This document shows positions 26,081 to 38,495 of a stretch of 64,000 bases of DNA, one piece after another. A model generated the notes under the pieces. It was not told where the DNA came from and ran no database searches. It worked only from the letters and a program-made list of their open reading frames with translations. The DNA is from Monocercomonoides exilis PA203 (Eukaryota; Protista; Preaxostyla), in the NCBI GenBank assembly GCA_001643675.2, contig LSRY02000018.1, positions 1,054,001 through 1,118,000 of the forward strand, given 5' to 3'. Every line of letters starts with the position of its first letter. The stretch's first letter is position 1. The position numbers and the translations under genes are program-made.

Positions 26081-28564
26081 ATGATGAATAAAATTTTTGC
26101 AATATTTTACGTTTTTTATATATTCTGAAATTATTTTTGAATAACTGTTTGATTTAGCATTCCTCACTTGTTCCCAATTCTTTTCTTTCGTTAACCCAAA
26201 GGCCTACAAGCAAAAATACATGCTCCTCTATTCCTTTTGATTTTAGATGTCGGGAGCATTCAATAGCTTGTTCAGCATTCTCTTCAGAATCCTTTTCTTC
26301 CCTTTTACCTTTATTGCAAAAACCTGTGCTTAAATGTAATAAGAATATGGAAAACTATTCTGTAAAAGGTAAAAACAACAATTATTTTGGATGTTCAGAA
26401 GAAAATAAGATTGATTGCAACATTTGTAAAAAACGATCATGTTCAAGCAATGAAATGCAAAGCAAGGATCTTCACAAAAAACTTAATTTACAGAAGCCTT
26501 CTATAAAATTTAAGAGCAATGAATGTACTCGGGTTAAATTTGAAAAATACCCATTTCCAATCTATTTTATGACGAAACAAGATCTGATTCTGGAATGCTG
26601 TGCAGATATGATGGTGAATATTGATGATAACGCACGTGGAAAACATAAAAAAAGCGATATAACTTTGCCAAAATGCGAAGAATTTTGCTGTTCAACTTCG
26701 GATGGAAGCTACTGCTTGGAACAAAAACCTGAGTTATTGCAAAATCACATAGAGCCAATGTTTTCATCCTTCACTTGTGCATCTTCTATATCCCATCCTT
26801 CTTCTCGAACAGTTTTGACAAATTCTTCATCTATCCCATCTTCTTTGCTTTCTTCTCATTTGTCAAAGAGATCTTTGTCTTCTTTTTCGTCTTCTTCTGG
26901 CAACGTATCATCAACTGATTTACCTTCATCTCCTTCGTTTTTTGCAAACATTACCGATGCTTCAGAAGCTAATCGAATTGATGAGGAAGTGCTTTCTATC
27001 CTCGCTGGCAAATTGGGACCCGTCTCTGACGCAGCGCAAAGAGTTGTGCTCTGATGTGAATTACGTGAAGAACGGAGAAAATCGTTCAGAAATCGCTGAA
27101 TTTCGGAAAGAAAGGCTGCTAATGCGCTGGAGGCTGAACGAGATGGAGGGAAGAAAGAGGGAAGAAGAAGAGCTGATGGAATCTGAAAGCGAGTCAAATG
27201 AATTTGGCAGCAAAAAGAGAAGTAGCGAAATTAATGAAGCGGCACAATCTGACGAATGCAATTGCAACAGGGGTATTTCAAAGAAGGGCAAACTTAATTT
27301 GTCTGATCTCGGAGTTTCGCCTTTCTCCGATCCTTCACCGGATTGCGATGGCACAAATAAAGCTTTAGTTGCATTGGAGATGCTGAGGAAGAGGAGGCTG
27401 CAAGAAATATACGCCGAAATAAAAGAAGCGAAACTGTTTCAGAAGATGTTTGGCGAGTGGGTTGAAAAGGACTGCATTGAAAATGAAGAGGAGCGGAGGA
27501 TTCGAGCAGACGCATACAAGGAAATGGTAAAAAAGAAGAGTAAAACGGAGCAGAAGCAGATGAAAGCGGTCAGCGAAGTGGAAGAGCTGCAGAGCTGGTT
27601 GAAGGCGAATGAAGAAAAGATGAGCCAGGAGGAAAAAGAGGAGGTAATTGGTAAAATCCTTGCTTTGCAGCTGAAGATACAAAAGCAGAACATAAAAGGG
27701 CAGATGAGCAATTTGGAGAAAGACAAAAGAAGGAAGCAGTGGCTCTATTACAAAAAATGCGGGTATTTTTTGACGGACAGCAGAGATGGCTCAACGGAAG
27801 ATGATTATCTTGAGGCAGATAGCAATGAAGAAATCACTGAAAATGAGGACAAAGTTAAAATGACAGAAAACAAAGAAGAGAGAGAAAAAATAGCCTCAAG
27901 GGAATTACCACTTCTCAACAGCCTTTTTCCGTTTTCTGAAACCTTCAATTCTCGTCAGCATCCAAATCACCTTTTTGCCTCTTCTTCATCTTGTTCTTTT
28001 TCTTATCATTCATCTCCACAAATAAATCCAGAAGATACAATCAGCATCACCAATAACAACGGCAATAACAGCAATTCAATAGCAATTCTATCAATTCGCA
28101 GTAATAACAATGTTGATGACATCGTGCCTATATCCGCACTTAGCCCTCATCCATTCATTCAGTCTATTTACAAACTGGAATGTGCAGCTCTCCGCCCTGC
28201 AGCCTCAGCAACAGTCGGCAGATCTTCTGAAACTGTCCTGCCGTTGATTACTTCTCTGTGTTGCTTATCTGCTCCGGTCGAGCCGCATTCGAAGGAAAGT
28301 GTACTGAGTAAGCTGAGTGATGCCAAGAAATATACTCAGAGTTCAGAAAGGCGTGACGCTAATGAAATTATAGAAAATTCAAAAGCTTCATCGAGTGCCC
28401 TTGAAATTCACAAGTATTCACACATAAGTGAAATGAGAAATGTTCTTAGAGAAGCAATGAAGCAGAGAAGAAGGCGAATGTTCCTTAAACCACCCGTGCG
28501 AAGACAGTTTTTATGGTCTTTCGATGCTCCTCCGACAAAGCTATCCAAAATGAACAAAAGGTAA
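26081..28564 (+). CDS. Hypothetical protein, paralog B of the tandem pair, one frameshift near 26985
   Basis: Probable ATG at 26081 and intron 26111-26157, then ORFs 26314-27054 and 26942-28564. LANWDPSLTQRKELCSDVN aligns with IASWQPSEVRSQMLCGDID of paralog A, and EAKLFQKMFGEWV with EAKEHWKLFGEWV. Confidence 0.6.
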
Positions 28565-28743
28565 AAAGTTAGTTGATGCGGTGAAATTACAAATTTGTTT
28601 TATCATAATGAAAATTTGAAATTTTGAAATTTTTTACAAAAAAAAAATCTATATATGTATTTTTGATTTGTCAAATTTTAAGTTTTTTGTTGAATTTTTT
28701 TTTTGAAAAATTTTGTAATTTTATGATTCTTTAAAAGAAATAA

Positions 28744-29310
28744 TTATTTCTCAGCTTTTTTCTTTGAAGCATTATGTAAAACTGGCAGCTCTTTCTCAGT
28801 CGTTGGCTTCCAATCCTTGAATGCATCTATGAACGTTATTATGATGTAATAGCAAAGTGCAACAAGGAGTTGAAGGTGGACAACAGGAACAAATCTTGGA
28901 TCACTTGGTAAGTATTTATCCAAAAATGGCCTAAATGGAAAGAAAAATGCTATAAATGATAGTATCATTCCAAAAACTACTCTCCATCCTCTCTTATTTT
29001 TGATAATGATGTTTCATTTTTTCGACAAAACATCAAAACAAATTATTTGGTTAAAAATTCAAACTCGCGCAATTTCCTTTCTCATTTGGTCCACTTCTTT
29101 ATCACTAATCCTTTTTTGAAGCCGTTTGGTCGCTTGAATACCTGAAAATATTCAAAAGTCAATTTTAGTGAAAAAAGATAAAAATTGATAACTAGATAAA
29201 TAAGACATTATACGAGAAATTGATAATATATAGAACATCATCCAAAATAAAATTATAGTTATTGCAATGAATTTCACTGGTAATTTTGAAAATGTGGAGG
29301 CTAAAGACAT
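28744..29310 (-). CDS. Small multi-exon hypothetical membrane protein (2 TM segments)
   Basis: ATG at 29310 after an A-run, short exons between AT-rich introns, last exon ORF 28744-28968 with two hydrophobic segments and a Lys-rich C-terminus (KKKAEK). Confidence 0.5.
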
Positions 29311-29640
29311 TTTTTGAAAATTATGATTTTTATTATTTATTGATCATATTATTTATATATTTTTTCAACTGATGACACAGATAAACGAAGTCTTATTATT
29401 TGGTTAATAATAATATTTAGGCTCAAATTAAAAATTGAAGATAATTTTTTTGAATACTCAAGTGAAAATTCAACTCCAATGATGCAAATCAAAAGAGATG
29501 TGTTTGTTCACAAGCTTTTTATGATTAATGAATGCAGTCTAATTCTTCATAAAATCAGCAGCAACATTTTTTTTTGAATTAGTATTTGGCCCATTCTTAA
29601 TATATTTGTTGTTATTTGCTGTTACTGATCATTGTTGAAA

Positions 29641-31699
29641 ATGGGCGAAAAGAACGGTAAAGGTTTGTTCACCAAACTGTTAATTGCAAAATAAGTTAAT
29701 TATTGTTCGTGTTCATGGATTTGTAAATTTAGAAGATTTTGGAGAACCAGTCAAGTCTTTGCCTGAAAGCAATGGAAAGCCAGACTTTCGGGATAATCAC
29801 GGATGTTGCAGGGACTTTTATTGTTTAATTGTATTTGCTGCATGTGTGATTGCTGTGATAGTTATATTTGCAGTTGGTTTTTCGCAAGGAACTCCATATA
29901 AACTATATTGCCCTTTGAATTCCTTGTTTGCTTCATTAATTAAGTATTTTAGCGATTTATAAATTTTTTAATTATTTCTTGTACGTAGGGGTGAGTATTG
30001 CGGGCATAAAAATGATGATCAAGGAAAAAGAGACCTTACGAATTATCCATATTTGTTTCGTCCAAATACTACTGATGCAACGATTGAAATATGCGTTTCT
30101 GAATGCCCCATCGATGGGAAAAGATGCATACATTCTGATGGAACGCTTGGACAGGAATCAGAAGCTGATTGTATTGCAATAGGAGATGCAATTTATGCAA
30201 ATTATACCACAATGAATCTTGTTCAGAGATGTTTTCCAGATATCATTGATGAAGCTGCGCAATTCGACTCTTATGAATCATTTAAAAATGTATTCACCAC
30301 TTCCGTATCTGATTTCAAAAAAGGGTGGTGGGTTCTATTGATTTCTGCAGGATGTGCAATAATATTATCTTTCATCTGGATTTGCTTTATGCAATGCTGT
30401 GGAAAGTGTCTTGTTTGGACATCAATTATACTTTGCTTGATACTGATTCTGTTATTGGGGCTCTGGATGCTTATCTATGGCTTAACAAACTATATGAAGT
30501 TGCCCAGTGAACAAGACAAAACCAACTGCTATGTATTGATAGGATTTGGTGGTGCTGTGCTACTCATCTGGATCATATTGGTTATAATTATGATTGCTTT
30601 GAGAAAGCGAATTTCACTTGCTGTGGGACTTGTTCAAGAAGCTTCGAAGGCACTTCGCTCAATGTGTTGCTTGATAGTTGTGCCTTTGGGATACATTCTG
30701 TTGTTCGCTGTTGTTGTTGTGTTTTTGATCGTAACAATGGTGTTTTACTTCTCTTCATTGAATTTCGTGGAAAATGGCGGACATAAAACAATTGAGCCGA
30801 CGTCCAATACGCGATGGGTCGTTCTCTTTGTGTTCCTGATGTTCCTTTGGTGCACATTCTTTATCATGGGAATGAACACATCAACAATTGCAGGAGCTGG
30901 CGCAGAATGGTACTTTACGCGCGATAAAGCAACTGACTTGCCAACTTTCCCGATCGGCCGCTCACTCAAAATCCTCGTTTTACATCACATGGGCTCAGTC
31001 TCAGTTGGTTCATTTCTGATTGCAGTTGTTGCCTTATTCCGTACTATTGTTCTCTATTTACAGCAAAAAGTGAAAGAAAAGGCGCCTGAAAATTGTTGCT
31101 TGCGCTGCTGTCTGGCGTGCCTTCAATGCTGTCTTGGCTGCTGCCAGCGATTTTTGGAATTTATTGCAGATAGAGCGTACGTGATGATGATGATCTTTGG
31201 CAAGTCATTCTTCCCTTCGGCAATTGACGCGATGAATCTGATGCTGAGAAATATCCTCCGCACAGCTGTTCTCACAAAGGTGACATCAATTATTATTATC
31301 TGCGGTGTGTTGGCTGTCACGGCGCTTTCATCGCTGATCTGCCTAATCATTCTACGTCCAGATTTTATTGTGACTGAGAAACCATTTTTGGAGATTGTGT
31401 ACTGGTGGTTTATCTTGCTTATCTGCGCAATTATTGCCTTTGCTGTTGCATGGCTTATGATGATGGTGTATGATTCACTGATACAAACACTGTTTATGTG
31501 CTTTTTGATCGATGAGGAGATGCATTTGAACAGCCAGGGAGCTCATGAACCGTATGCATCCATTAGCCTTCAACAGCAGATGGATACTGTTAAGAACCGT
31601 AGCAAAGAGATGAAAGAGGCTCAAACGAACACAAAAAAAGGTCAGCAAAAAGTTATAGTTGAAGTTGATTATGATAATAACGAGATGATTGCAATGTAA
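29641..31699 (+). CDS. Choline transporter-like protein (CTL/SLC44 family)
   Basis: ATG 29641 and two introns. N-terminal CRDFYCL, G.YCG and CVSECP motifs; HMGSVSVGSFLI, CCL.C..CCL.C.QRFLEFI, AY...I.GKSF..SA and TLFMCF.ID are CTL signatures; about 10 TM segments. Confidence 0.92.
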
Positions 31700-32643
31700 T
31701 TGTTCTGCAAGGAAAATAATTGTTCACGGCTTCAATCAAAAAAGGCTAGACAAATACAAACAAAAATTTTTTTGTTAAAAGTTACGGTTCACTATATTAT
31801 CGTTTAGTTTTTTTATGTTTTATTGGAAATTTTTGTGTTTTCTTTGATGTTCAATAAAAACGCTTCAATTCTTTTTATTATACAATATTTCAAGCGATAT
31901 TTTGAGCAAAGCAATTTTTGATACGCAAATATTAATTTCCAAATGTTATCATTGAAATTTGTTTTTCGTTTGTTTCATCAATGAAAAATCTCATAAACGT
32001 TTTGTTTCAGATTTTTTTTTGATATTATTATTTCAACAATAAATTATCTAACTTATTTTAGGATTTATTTAATGATAATCTTCAATAATTACACCTTTAA
32101 CATCATTTTATTTATCATCAGAAACATTGTCTTTTTTTTTTTTCTCTCTCTCTCTCTCTCTCTTTTTCATTAAATAAATGAAACAAATATTCACATCAAG
32201 TTGTTATTTTTCTTTAAAGTTTGAGATTACAACAAAATATCAAACAAGAAATATTTCTTAATCATATCATCTTTTACGCTTCGATTTGTAATATGATATA
32301 ATTTTCGGTAAGATGGCTTTATCAAGAAGTGAAAGTTTTCTATTTAAAATGTGTTTTGGCAAGAGGCTACTTTAGGGGTACCAAATTTTTTCGTTAAATC
32401 CAAGAATCCACAGCTAAAAATAATACAATGTTAAGATATTGTAAATACATTAGGTAAACAATAACTTGTTGATCAGAATTGAAAATGATTGAATGGTTTT
32501 TTATTCAAATCTTAAGTTTTAAGAGGCTTTTTTCAAACTTCATAAAAATACTTTAATTGAGTTATTTTCAACCCAAACAATTGCAAATAACAATAATATT
32601 CAATTTAAAAACCTGAAAATGTCTTTTTATTGTTATTTAATTT

Positions 32644-33440
32644 CACCAAAAATAATTCTGATTCGAAAAAAAAAATTCAATTTCGTAATTAATAATTCAA
32701 AATCGAAAATTAATAATTCAAATTCGTAATTAATAATTCGATTTCGAAAAAGAAAAATTCAATTTCGAAAATGATTATTTCAATTTCGAAATTCATTATT
32801 AACTGAAATTTTAAATTTTTCTCGAGAATGGATTTCAGAAAAGGAAAAGTTATTTTTTTGACCAATCAAATTTTATTACGCATAGAAAACTGTTTTTTTT
32901 ATTGCAACAATCAATAAAAAAATTTTTAAATTTTTTTCATTTTCGAAAATCATCACTCAAATAATATTAATCTTATAAAAATTCATTCTATTGAATAACC
33001 TAATAAAATTGAAAAAATTTAATCACGATTATAGTATTATTTCTTCACAATAATGTGATTGTTTCATTTTCAAAATTTTGAATAATATCGGTTTTAAACA
33101 TGAAAATGTATTTCTTTCCTTTTCAAATTAACTTCAATCAATAAATCTTCATTCAGAATGAAAGAAAATTTTTAATGAAAATGCATCATTTTTCAAATAT
33201 TGATAAACAAAATTTGCTGATGAGATAATAATTAAAAGAATTTAAAACCCCAAACACAAGTTATTCATTCCACAAATTAAAAAAATTCACGTTTCGAAAT
33301 TGAATTATTCTTTTTCGAAATCGAATTATTAATTTCCGAATTCGAATTATTAATTACGAATTTGAATTATTAATTTTCGAATTTGAAATATTAATTACGA
33401 AATTGAATTATTTTTTTTCGAATTTGAAATATTTTTGGTG
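32644..33440. mobile_element. Foldback-like non-autonomous element, CACC termini with inverted arrays of ~21-bp repeats (copy 1)
   Basis: Starts caccaaaaataattc and ends gaaatatttttggtg|ta. ~32650-32790 and ~33290-33435 are inverted tandem arrays of (t/a)tcg(t/a)aattaataattcaa-like units around a non-coding AT-rich core. Confidence 0.82.
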
Positions 33441-33980
33441 TAATTTTTCAAAAAAATCATTTAAAATTTCAATTAGGGGACAGTTGTGTTTGAGAACGAA
33501 AACCCTAAAAAAGAAAAATGATAAATAAAGCATATAGTCTACACCAAAGATTGTTAATGATAGTTCACTCGAAAACATTTAGCCTTTTCATAAATCTTGT
33601 TTTTAATTTTTTAGGAACACTTAAAGTGGCCTTATGCCTGTGTTTTTATTACAAAAATTATATTTTTTTCTCGTTGTTTTCATATTGTAACAAATAGGAG
33701 CAATTGATATGAGAGAAAATATTTAAATCAAATTCAATTCTTCAATTGATTTTTGGGAAATGTTTTTTTTTTTTTTGAATAAAAATTTTGTATAAACTCA
33801 TTTAAATTTGACTTGTTTAATTCATCTGAAATATCATCTCTTTAATTGCTATTTCCTTATGTATATGAAAAAATTTCGAGATAATAATATATGTTTCATC
33901 CAATTCGATTTCGCATACGGCATTTATTATTCAAAATTTGTGAACTTTTTATTCAGAATTATGAAAATTGAGTATTTAAG

Positions 33981-33982
<2 letters not shown>

Positions 33983-34040
<58 letters not shown>
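33983..34040. repeat. (TA)n microsatellite, ~29 units
   Basis: Perfect AT dinucleotide run. Confidence 0.98.
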
Positions 34041-34042
<2 letters not shown>

Positions 34043-34306
34043 GGGAATATACAGTCTTTCAAGCTTTTTTTGCACAAAGCATTGAAAAATTGCTTCACAC
34101 ATAACTTTATTTACCTTTGTCAGATTTCAAAATGAATTTGATTTTCATATTCTTTAACAATCATCATTGAAATCAAAACATGAAGAATTGTGACATTTCT
34201 CGAATGTCAAAAAATCGACCCATTTTTATTGTGTCTGTTGAATTCAAAATGTAAATGAAAAGTGCATTTTTTTCATGAAAACGCCTGAAGTGAAATGTTT
34301 AACCCC
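34041..34306. mobile_element. Putative small insertion with GGGG...CCCC termini in an (AT)n target
   Basis: Absent from family X copy A; flanked by (TA)n on the left and atat on the right; imperfect inverted ends gggggaatatacagtctttcaagctttt / ggggttaaacatttcacttcaggcgtttt. Confidence 0.5.
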
Positions 34307-35379
34307 ATATGTATTGTGAAAATTTGGTTTTTGGCTGAGCATCGGAAAGCGATCCAAATATCATATTCAGTCAAAAATAAAAAAAAGGATGAAACATTGA
34401 ACCTCTAATGTTATTATTTATCGAAATAGAAAAAAAATCCACATTATCAAAAAAAACCTTCATTGAAATCAGATATCTTTTGGATAAAATCACCTTCCAT
34501 TATCTTATTATGCAAAATTCAATGAATAAAAACTGTTTGCATCTCCTTCACACACCGAAAAACGACATAGGTGTAACTGCGTCCCTTTTTCAATTCTTGT
34601 TTTTAGACATTAATTTTGTGATGTTTGAAATGCAAAATTTATTTAAAAACTTTTGTATAGACCGGTTTTTCGCAAAAATTTTTGTTTCTCGTGAAAAAAC
34701 TGTTTTTAAAATGACCCATAAATATGAGTATATTTTCAAATAATTTATTAAAATAAGATAATTAAGAAATAAAAAGTAGATGAAATGTTATTAATTATAA
34801 TATTGTCCTATTTTAATAATAAAAATTTGGGCATATGTGTAAATTGTACCACTTTCAATTTGCATTTTTAAAAATTTTGAATATCATAGCATTAATCTAC
34901 ATTATTTAACGAAGCGATTCAAGGAGGTAAATTTCGAAATTCGACCAAAAATTTTTTCTCTGAAATTCAAAATTTCCTACACCCATAATTTTTTAATTTT
35001 GATCATATTTTATTTAAATTTCTTTTTCTTACTTAGCATAGTTCGGATGAATTTGGCGATACTATGGAACAAAATAAAATATTATGTTTAATGTTTGTCT
35101 TGATGAATAACTGTCTATATTGTTTTTTATGTTGCTTATTTTTAAAAATTGATGTTTATGTGATATTTTAATTATAATAAAATTCAATGATAAAGCCGCA
35201 TGTCCAACTCTGATGAACTGATGGAATTGCACAAATATTATGTTTGAAATGATTATAAAATTGTTCATAAACTTTTTTTATTCTGTATTATTTTGTCTAT
35301 TTAATTGAACTTTATGAAAATGAAAACTTTCAAAGAAGAAAGTACTAAAATGTTTGAGTGCTTATTAGCCTCATGCTCT

Positions 35380-36050
35380 ATTTCAGGTTCAAGTGGAAGA
35401 GGAATGTATTACTGAAGTGTTTCAGATGGATTCAAAATGAAGTGCATGCAGTTTATTTCTTGTTGAGAAGCATCATATGGCGGGGGATTGGATTTTGTTC
35501 CAAATCAATCAGAAGCTCCAAGCACAACTATTATTATTATTTCTTCTTCTTTCACGATTGCAGTTGCAACGCTTCCACTCCATATGGCCACGATGTGTAT
35601 TTTCAAGACAATAATAATCTCTTTTCATCGGCTAACCCGTTCTATGAATCGTACACAACGAATAGTGATGATAAGAGAGTGTGCCGCCAATATTATAATG
35701 GAAGCAGTTATGTGTATCAGCACACAGAAAAGTAGGATTGGCTGAAGGAGGGGATGAAGGATCGGTTTGTTGGGGTGGGTGGGAATGACGCAAGCAATCT
35801 GTGTGGAATGAGCGAGTCAGCGCCTTGCAAGACAGTGGGGCATGCAGTGGGGGAGAGCATGGCGCAGCTTTGCTCGACAATCACAGTGCTGGGTGGGAGG
35901 CATGTGAGCGAAGGGGAGACAATCAGTGTTGGTGAAAAGAAGATTTCTGTTGTTGGGAGAGGGAAGATAGTGAGTGTGATTGGGGTGAATTCTCTTTCTT
36001 CGACTTCGCCTACGCTCTTCAGTGTGTCGAGTGGACAGTTGAAGTCGAAA
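35380..36050 (+). pseudogene. Captured fragment of the beta-helix surface-receptor family
   Basis: FFFHDCSCNASTPYGHDVYFQD...PFYESYTT...(TAG)DWLKEGMKDRFVGVGGNDASNLCGMSESAPCKTVGHAV parallels FFHNNTCGANFNGNDVYVQD...FVECFST...EWIPLFDTRFVDVVSGDDEEWTCGMRADQPCKTVKGAL at ~20570-20830. It has an in-frame TAG and ends abruptly. Confidence 0.82.
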
Positions 36051-36059
36051 TATTTTTGC

Positions 36060-38000
36060 TGGCTGAAATAACGGCAAATTCCAGGTCTTTAGGAAGTCGT
36101 CCAATATTCTTATCCGTATTTGTGCTGGCACTGCCACAGCTTCCAAACATCGCCGTTGAAGTGAAAAAAATTCGATTCTGCTGTAGCTCCTCGTCTCCAA
36201 ACTGCACTCCTCATTATCTCCATTTTCATTGCAACCATCACCTTCCCCGCTGTTTGGGCCTCCCCAGGCACTTGGATCATCGAAAAATTCTTCTGTTGAG
36301 AAACATTCCCAGCTGCGCCCTGTTGAGAAATAAAAAACGAAAAAAAAGAACATAAAAAAGGTGTAACACATTAACAGCTCACTCGTGAGGCAAACAAAAT
36401 GGCACACCTCCACCAGTATGGCTGAAAAGATAACATTCTGAAAGGAAACAACGCCACCCAACGGCACCAAGCTGCCCCACAAACCCTGTCACACAACGCT
36501 GCCACATTATTCAACAGACGCAGAGCATAGAAAGAGCATCATAAACAAATTCAATGTGCGGATTCAGCCTATGGACTGATTTACCTCAGTCCGATTTCAC
36601 AGACATCCCAGAGGCTCAGCAGTCATAGCCTCTCTTAGATCTTGTTCAGTTTTATAGATGATTCCGTGTGCAATTACTGCTCCATGCTGCTGCACCTTTT
36701 TCAGCTATATTAACTATTTTTTATAAAAATAATCAATATGTGCCACGCATTTGTTGAACTTTTTATTTTCATTTATTTGCAAAAATACTTCAAAAATTGC
36801 GAAAAGTTGATATTTAATTTTTCTATTGGCATTGGTTATCCCAAATTCATGATCAGAACCTTTGCAAAAGCGTTTCGCTGGCTTTGCAATTTTCTTAAGG
36901 TCACTCGCAACTTCTTCTCCCGCGTTTTTCGCTCATTCTTCAGACACAATGCAGAAACCTGGTTGATGATTCGACAGCATGGTCAAAGAAATAAAGAAAT
37001 AACATAAACGAACAGTTAAATGTAACAAGAAAAAATCAACAGCCATATAACAAAATTACAAAAAATTTAGAAGATATAATCTGGGATAAATGAAATCAAT
37101 GACTTAGATATTAGAACAGACTTAAGAAGTAACCTCGTCACTTTTCTGCTTTGCATATATCAAATGCCTCTTTGTCTAAAACTCTTCCTTTCCTCCTCTT
37201 AGTCCTTCTTCTCTTCTCATACAGTCAATCCCCTTTATTTCTATGTTCTTTATCTTTATCTCCATCTTTTTTCCTCGTATTTCCAACAGCAAACTGCCCT
37301 CCGGCCTCTCTCATTAAAATCATCAACACATTCCGCTGCTGCTCGACGGAGCATCAGCTCATCAATCATCACTTCTTCTCTTCCAACTCATCAAGTGAGG
37401 ATTTATCTTGCCTCGACTTCTCTTAATGCAACCTAACACTCGTCCTTCTCTCTCTTTTTTTTTTTTGCTTCTCTCTTTTCTTCCACTGCTTTCTATTTTG
37501 TCTCTGCTCAGAAACAAACAGCTGCTTTCACTTCCATTGAAGGAAACAGAAATACCAAAGTCGTTCCATCCATGCAAACAAGCATGGATTTGCTGCACAA
37601 ATACTCATTTGAACCTTTTATTTGTCCTCCGAATCTTCTCCTCTCCTCTGTTCTTCTTCTTCTTCCACTTTACGAAGCATTTAATTAATCTTCAGACTAA
37701 CAGCCAGACTCCTCCGTGCCTTGCAAACTTTTTGCAACAAGGTGATCCTTTCTCCTCAGCCCCAGTTCGTCACTTATTCAAATTCTAGTTTTGAAACTTT
37801 TCTCATTGCAATTTCCGAAAGACACCTTGGAAAAGATGAACAAATGTGTATTTACTTTTCAATATCTTGGATTTTTGCTTTGCTTTTGTCAAATCCTTTA
37901 ATTCTTTTCATTTCTTCCTCTCTTATTTTCTGCTTCGCATTTGTCATTTGGAAAACAGCGTTTGTCCATAATTCATTTGAATCCTTTGCTCTTATGGAAC
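36060..38000 (-). pseudogene. Further decayed, intron-containing gene fragments inside the TIR element (donor genes unidentified)
   Basis: Minus-strand coding-like, purine-rich stretches (~36060-36695 and ~37140-38000) with scattered stops and apparent splice acceptors (e.g. aaaaag|GTGCAGCAGCAT near 36695). Confidence 0.5.
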
Positions 38001-38495
38001 ATTAACTAAAATTCAAAATTTAAAAAATAATATTCTCATTATTACAGAAATATTTATGTATATTAAGCACATTCACACTTTATATAAATATTGTTATTAA
38101 TTGTGCAAGATAAACAACATTGAAATTAAGTGCGCATCAGAGTAAAATACAAATACTGAATCAGTCAAAAAACAGAGTTATAAAATAAATAACAATTGTA
38201 ATTTCGATAACTTTACCATTTTACACAATATTTTATCTTGTTCCATATCATCGCCAAATTCATCCGAACTATGCTAAGTAAGAAAAAGAAATTTAAATAA
38301 AATATGATCAAAATTAAAAAATTATGGGTGTAGGAAATTTTGAATTTCAGAGAAAAAATTTTTGGTCGAATTTCGAAATTTACCTCCTTGAATCGCTTCG
38401 TTAAATAATGTAGATTAATGCTATGATATTCAAAATTTTTAAAAATGCAAATTGAAAGTGGTACAATTTACACCTATGCCTATTTCTGTTCATTA

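Larger units (their letters stand above)
33918..34560. repeat. Dispersed repeat family X copy B, interrupted by (TA)n and a 266-bp insertion
   Basis: atttattattcaaaattt...ttattcagaatt...aaattgagtattt matches 6657-6760; homology resumes at 34312 (tattgtgaaaatttggtttttggctgagcatcggaaag...ttgaacctctaat) against 6772-7000. Confidence 0.65.
34830..38480. mobile_element. 3.65-kb non-autonomous element with 231-bp TIRs (GGCATA start) carrying host-gene fragments (Pack-type)
   Basis: 34830-35060 is the reverse complement of 38250-38480 with one mismatch found by eye (position 7), followed by ~30 bp of decaying similarity. No transposase motif inside; no clear TSD (aaaatttg vs tatttctg). Confidence 0.88.

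Noticed and set aside
32131-32167. T-run/(CT)n tract, and (GAAAA)n near 45080
   Set aside because: Ordinary short microsatellites.
32644-33440. Regular repeats resembling a CRISPR array (also 38500-38630 and 6660-6740)
   Set aside because: No unique spacers and no cas genes; the units are tandem and mirrored at the other end, i.e. TE subterminal repeats.
33808-34104. ORF with an IYIYIY repeat
   Set aside because: Translation of the (TA)n microsatellite.
35733-35735. In-frame TAG (and the TGA at 40538-40540) as evidence for an alternative genetic code or selenocysteine
   Set aside because: They occur only in TE-borne decayed sequence; long conserved genes lack internal stops and end in TAA or TGA.
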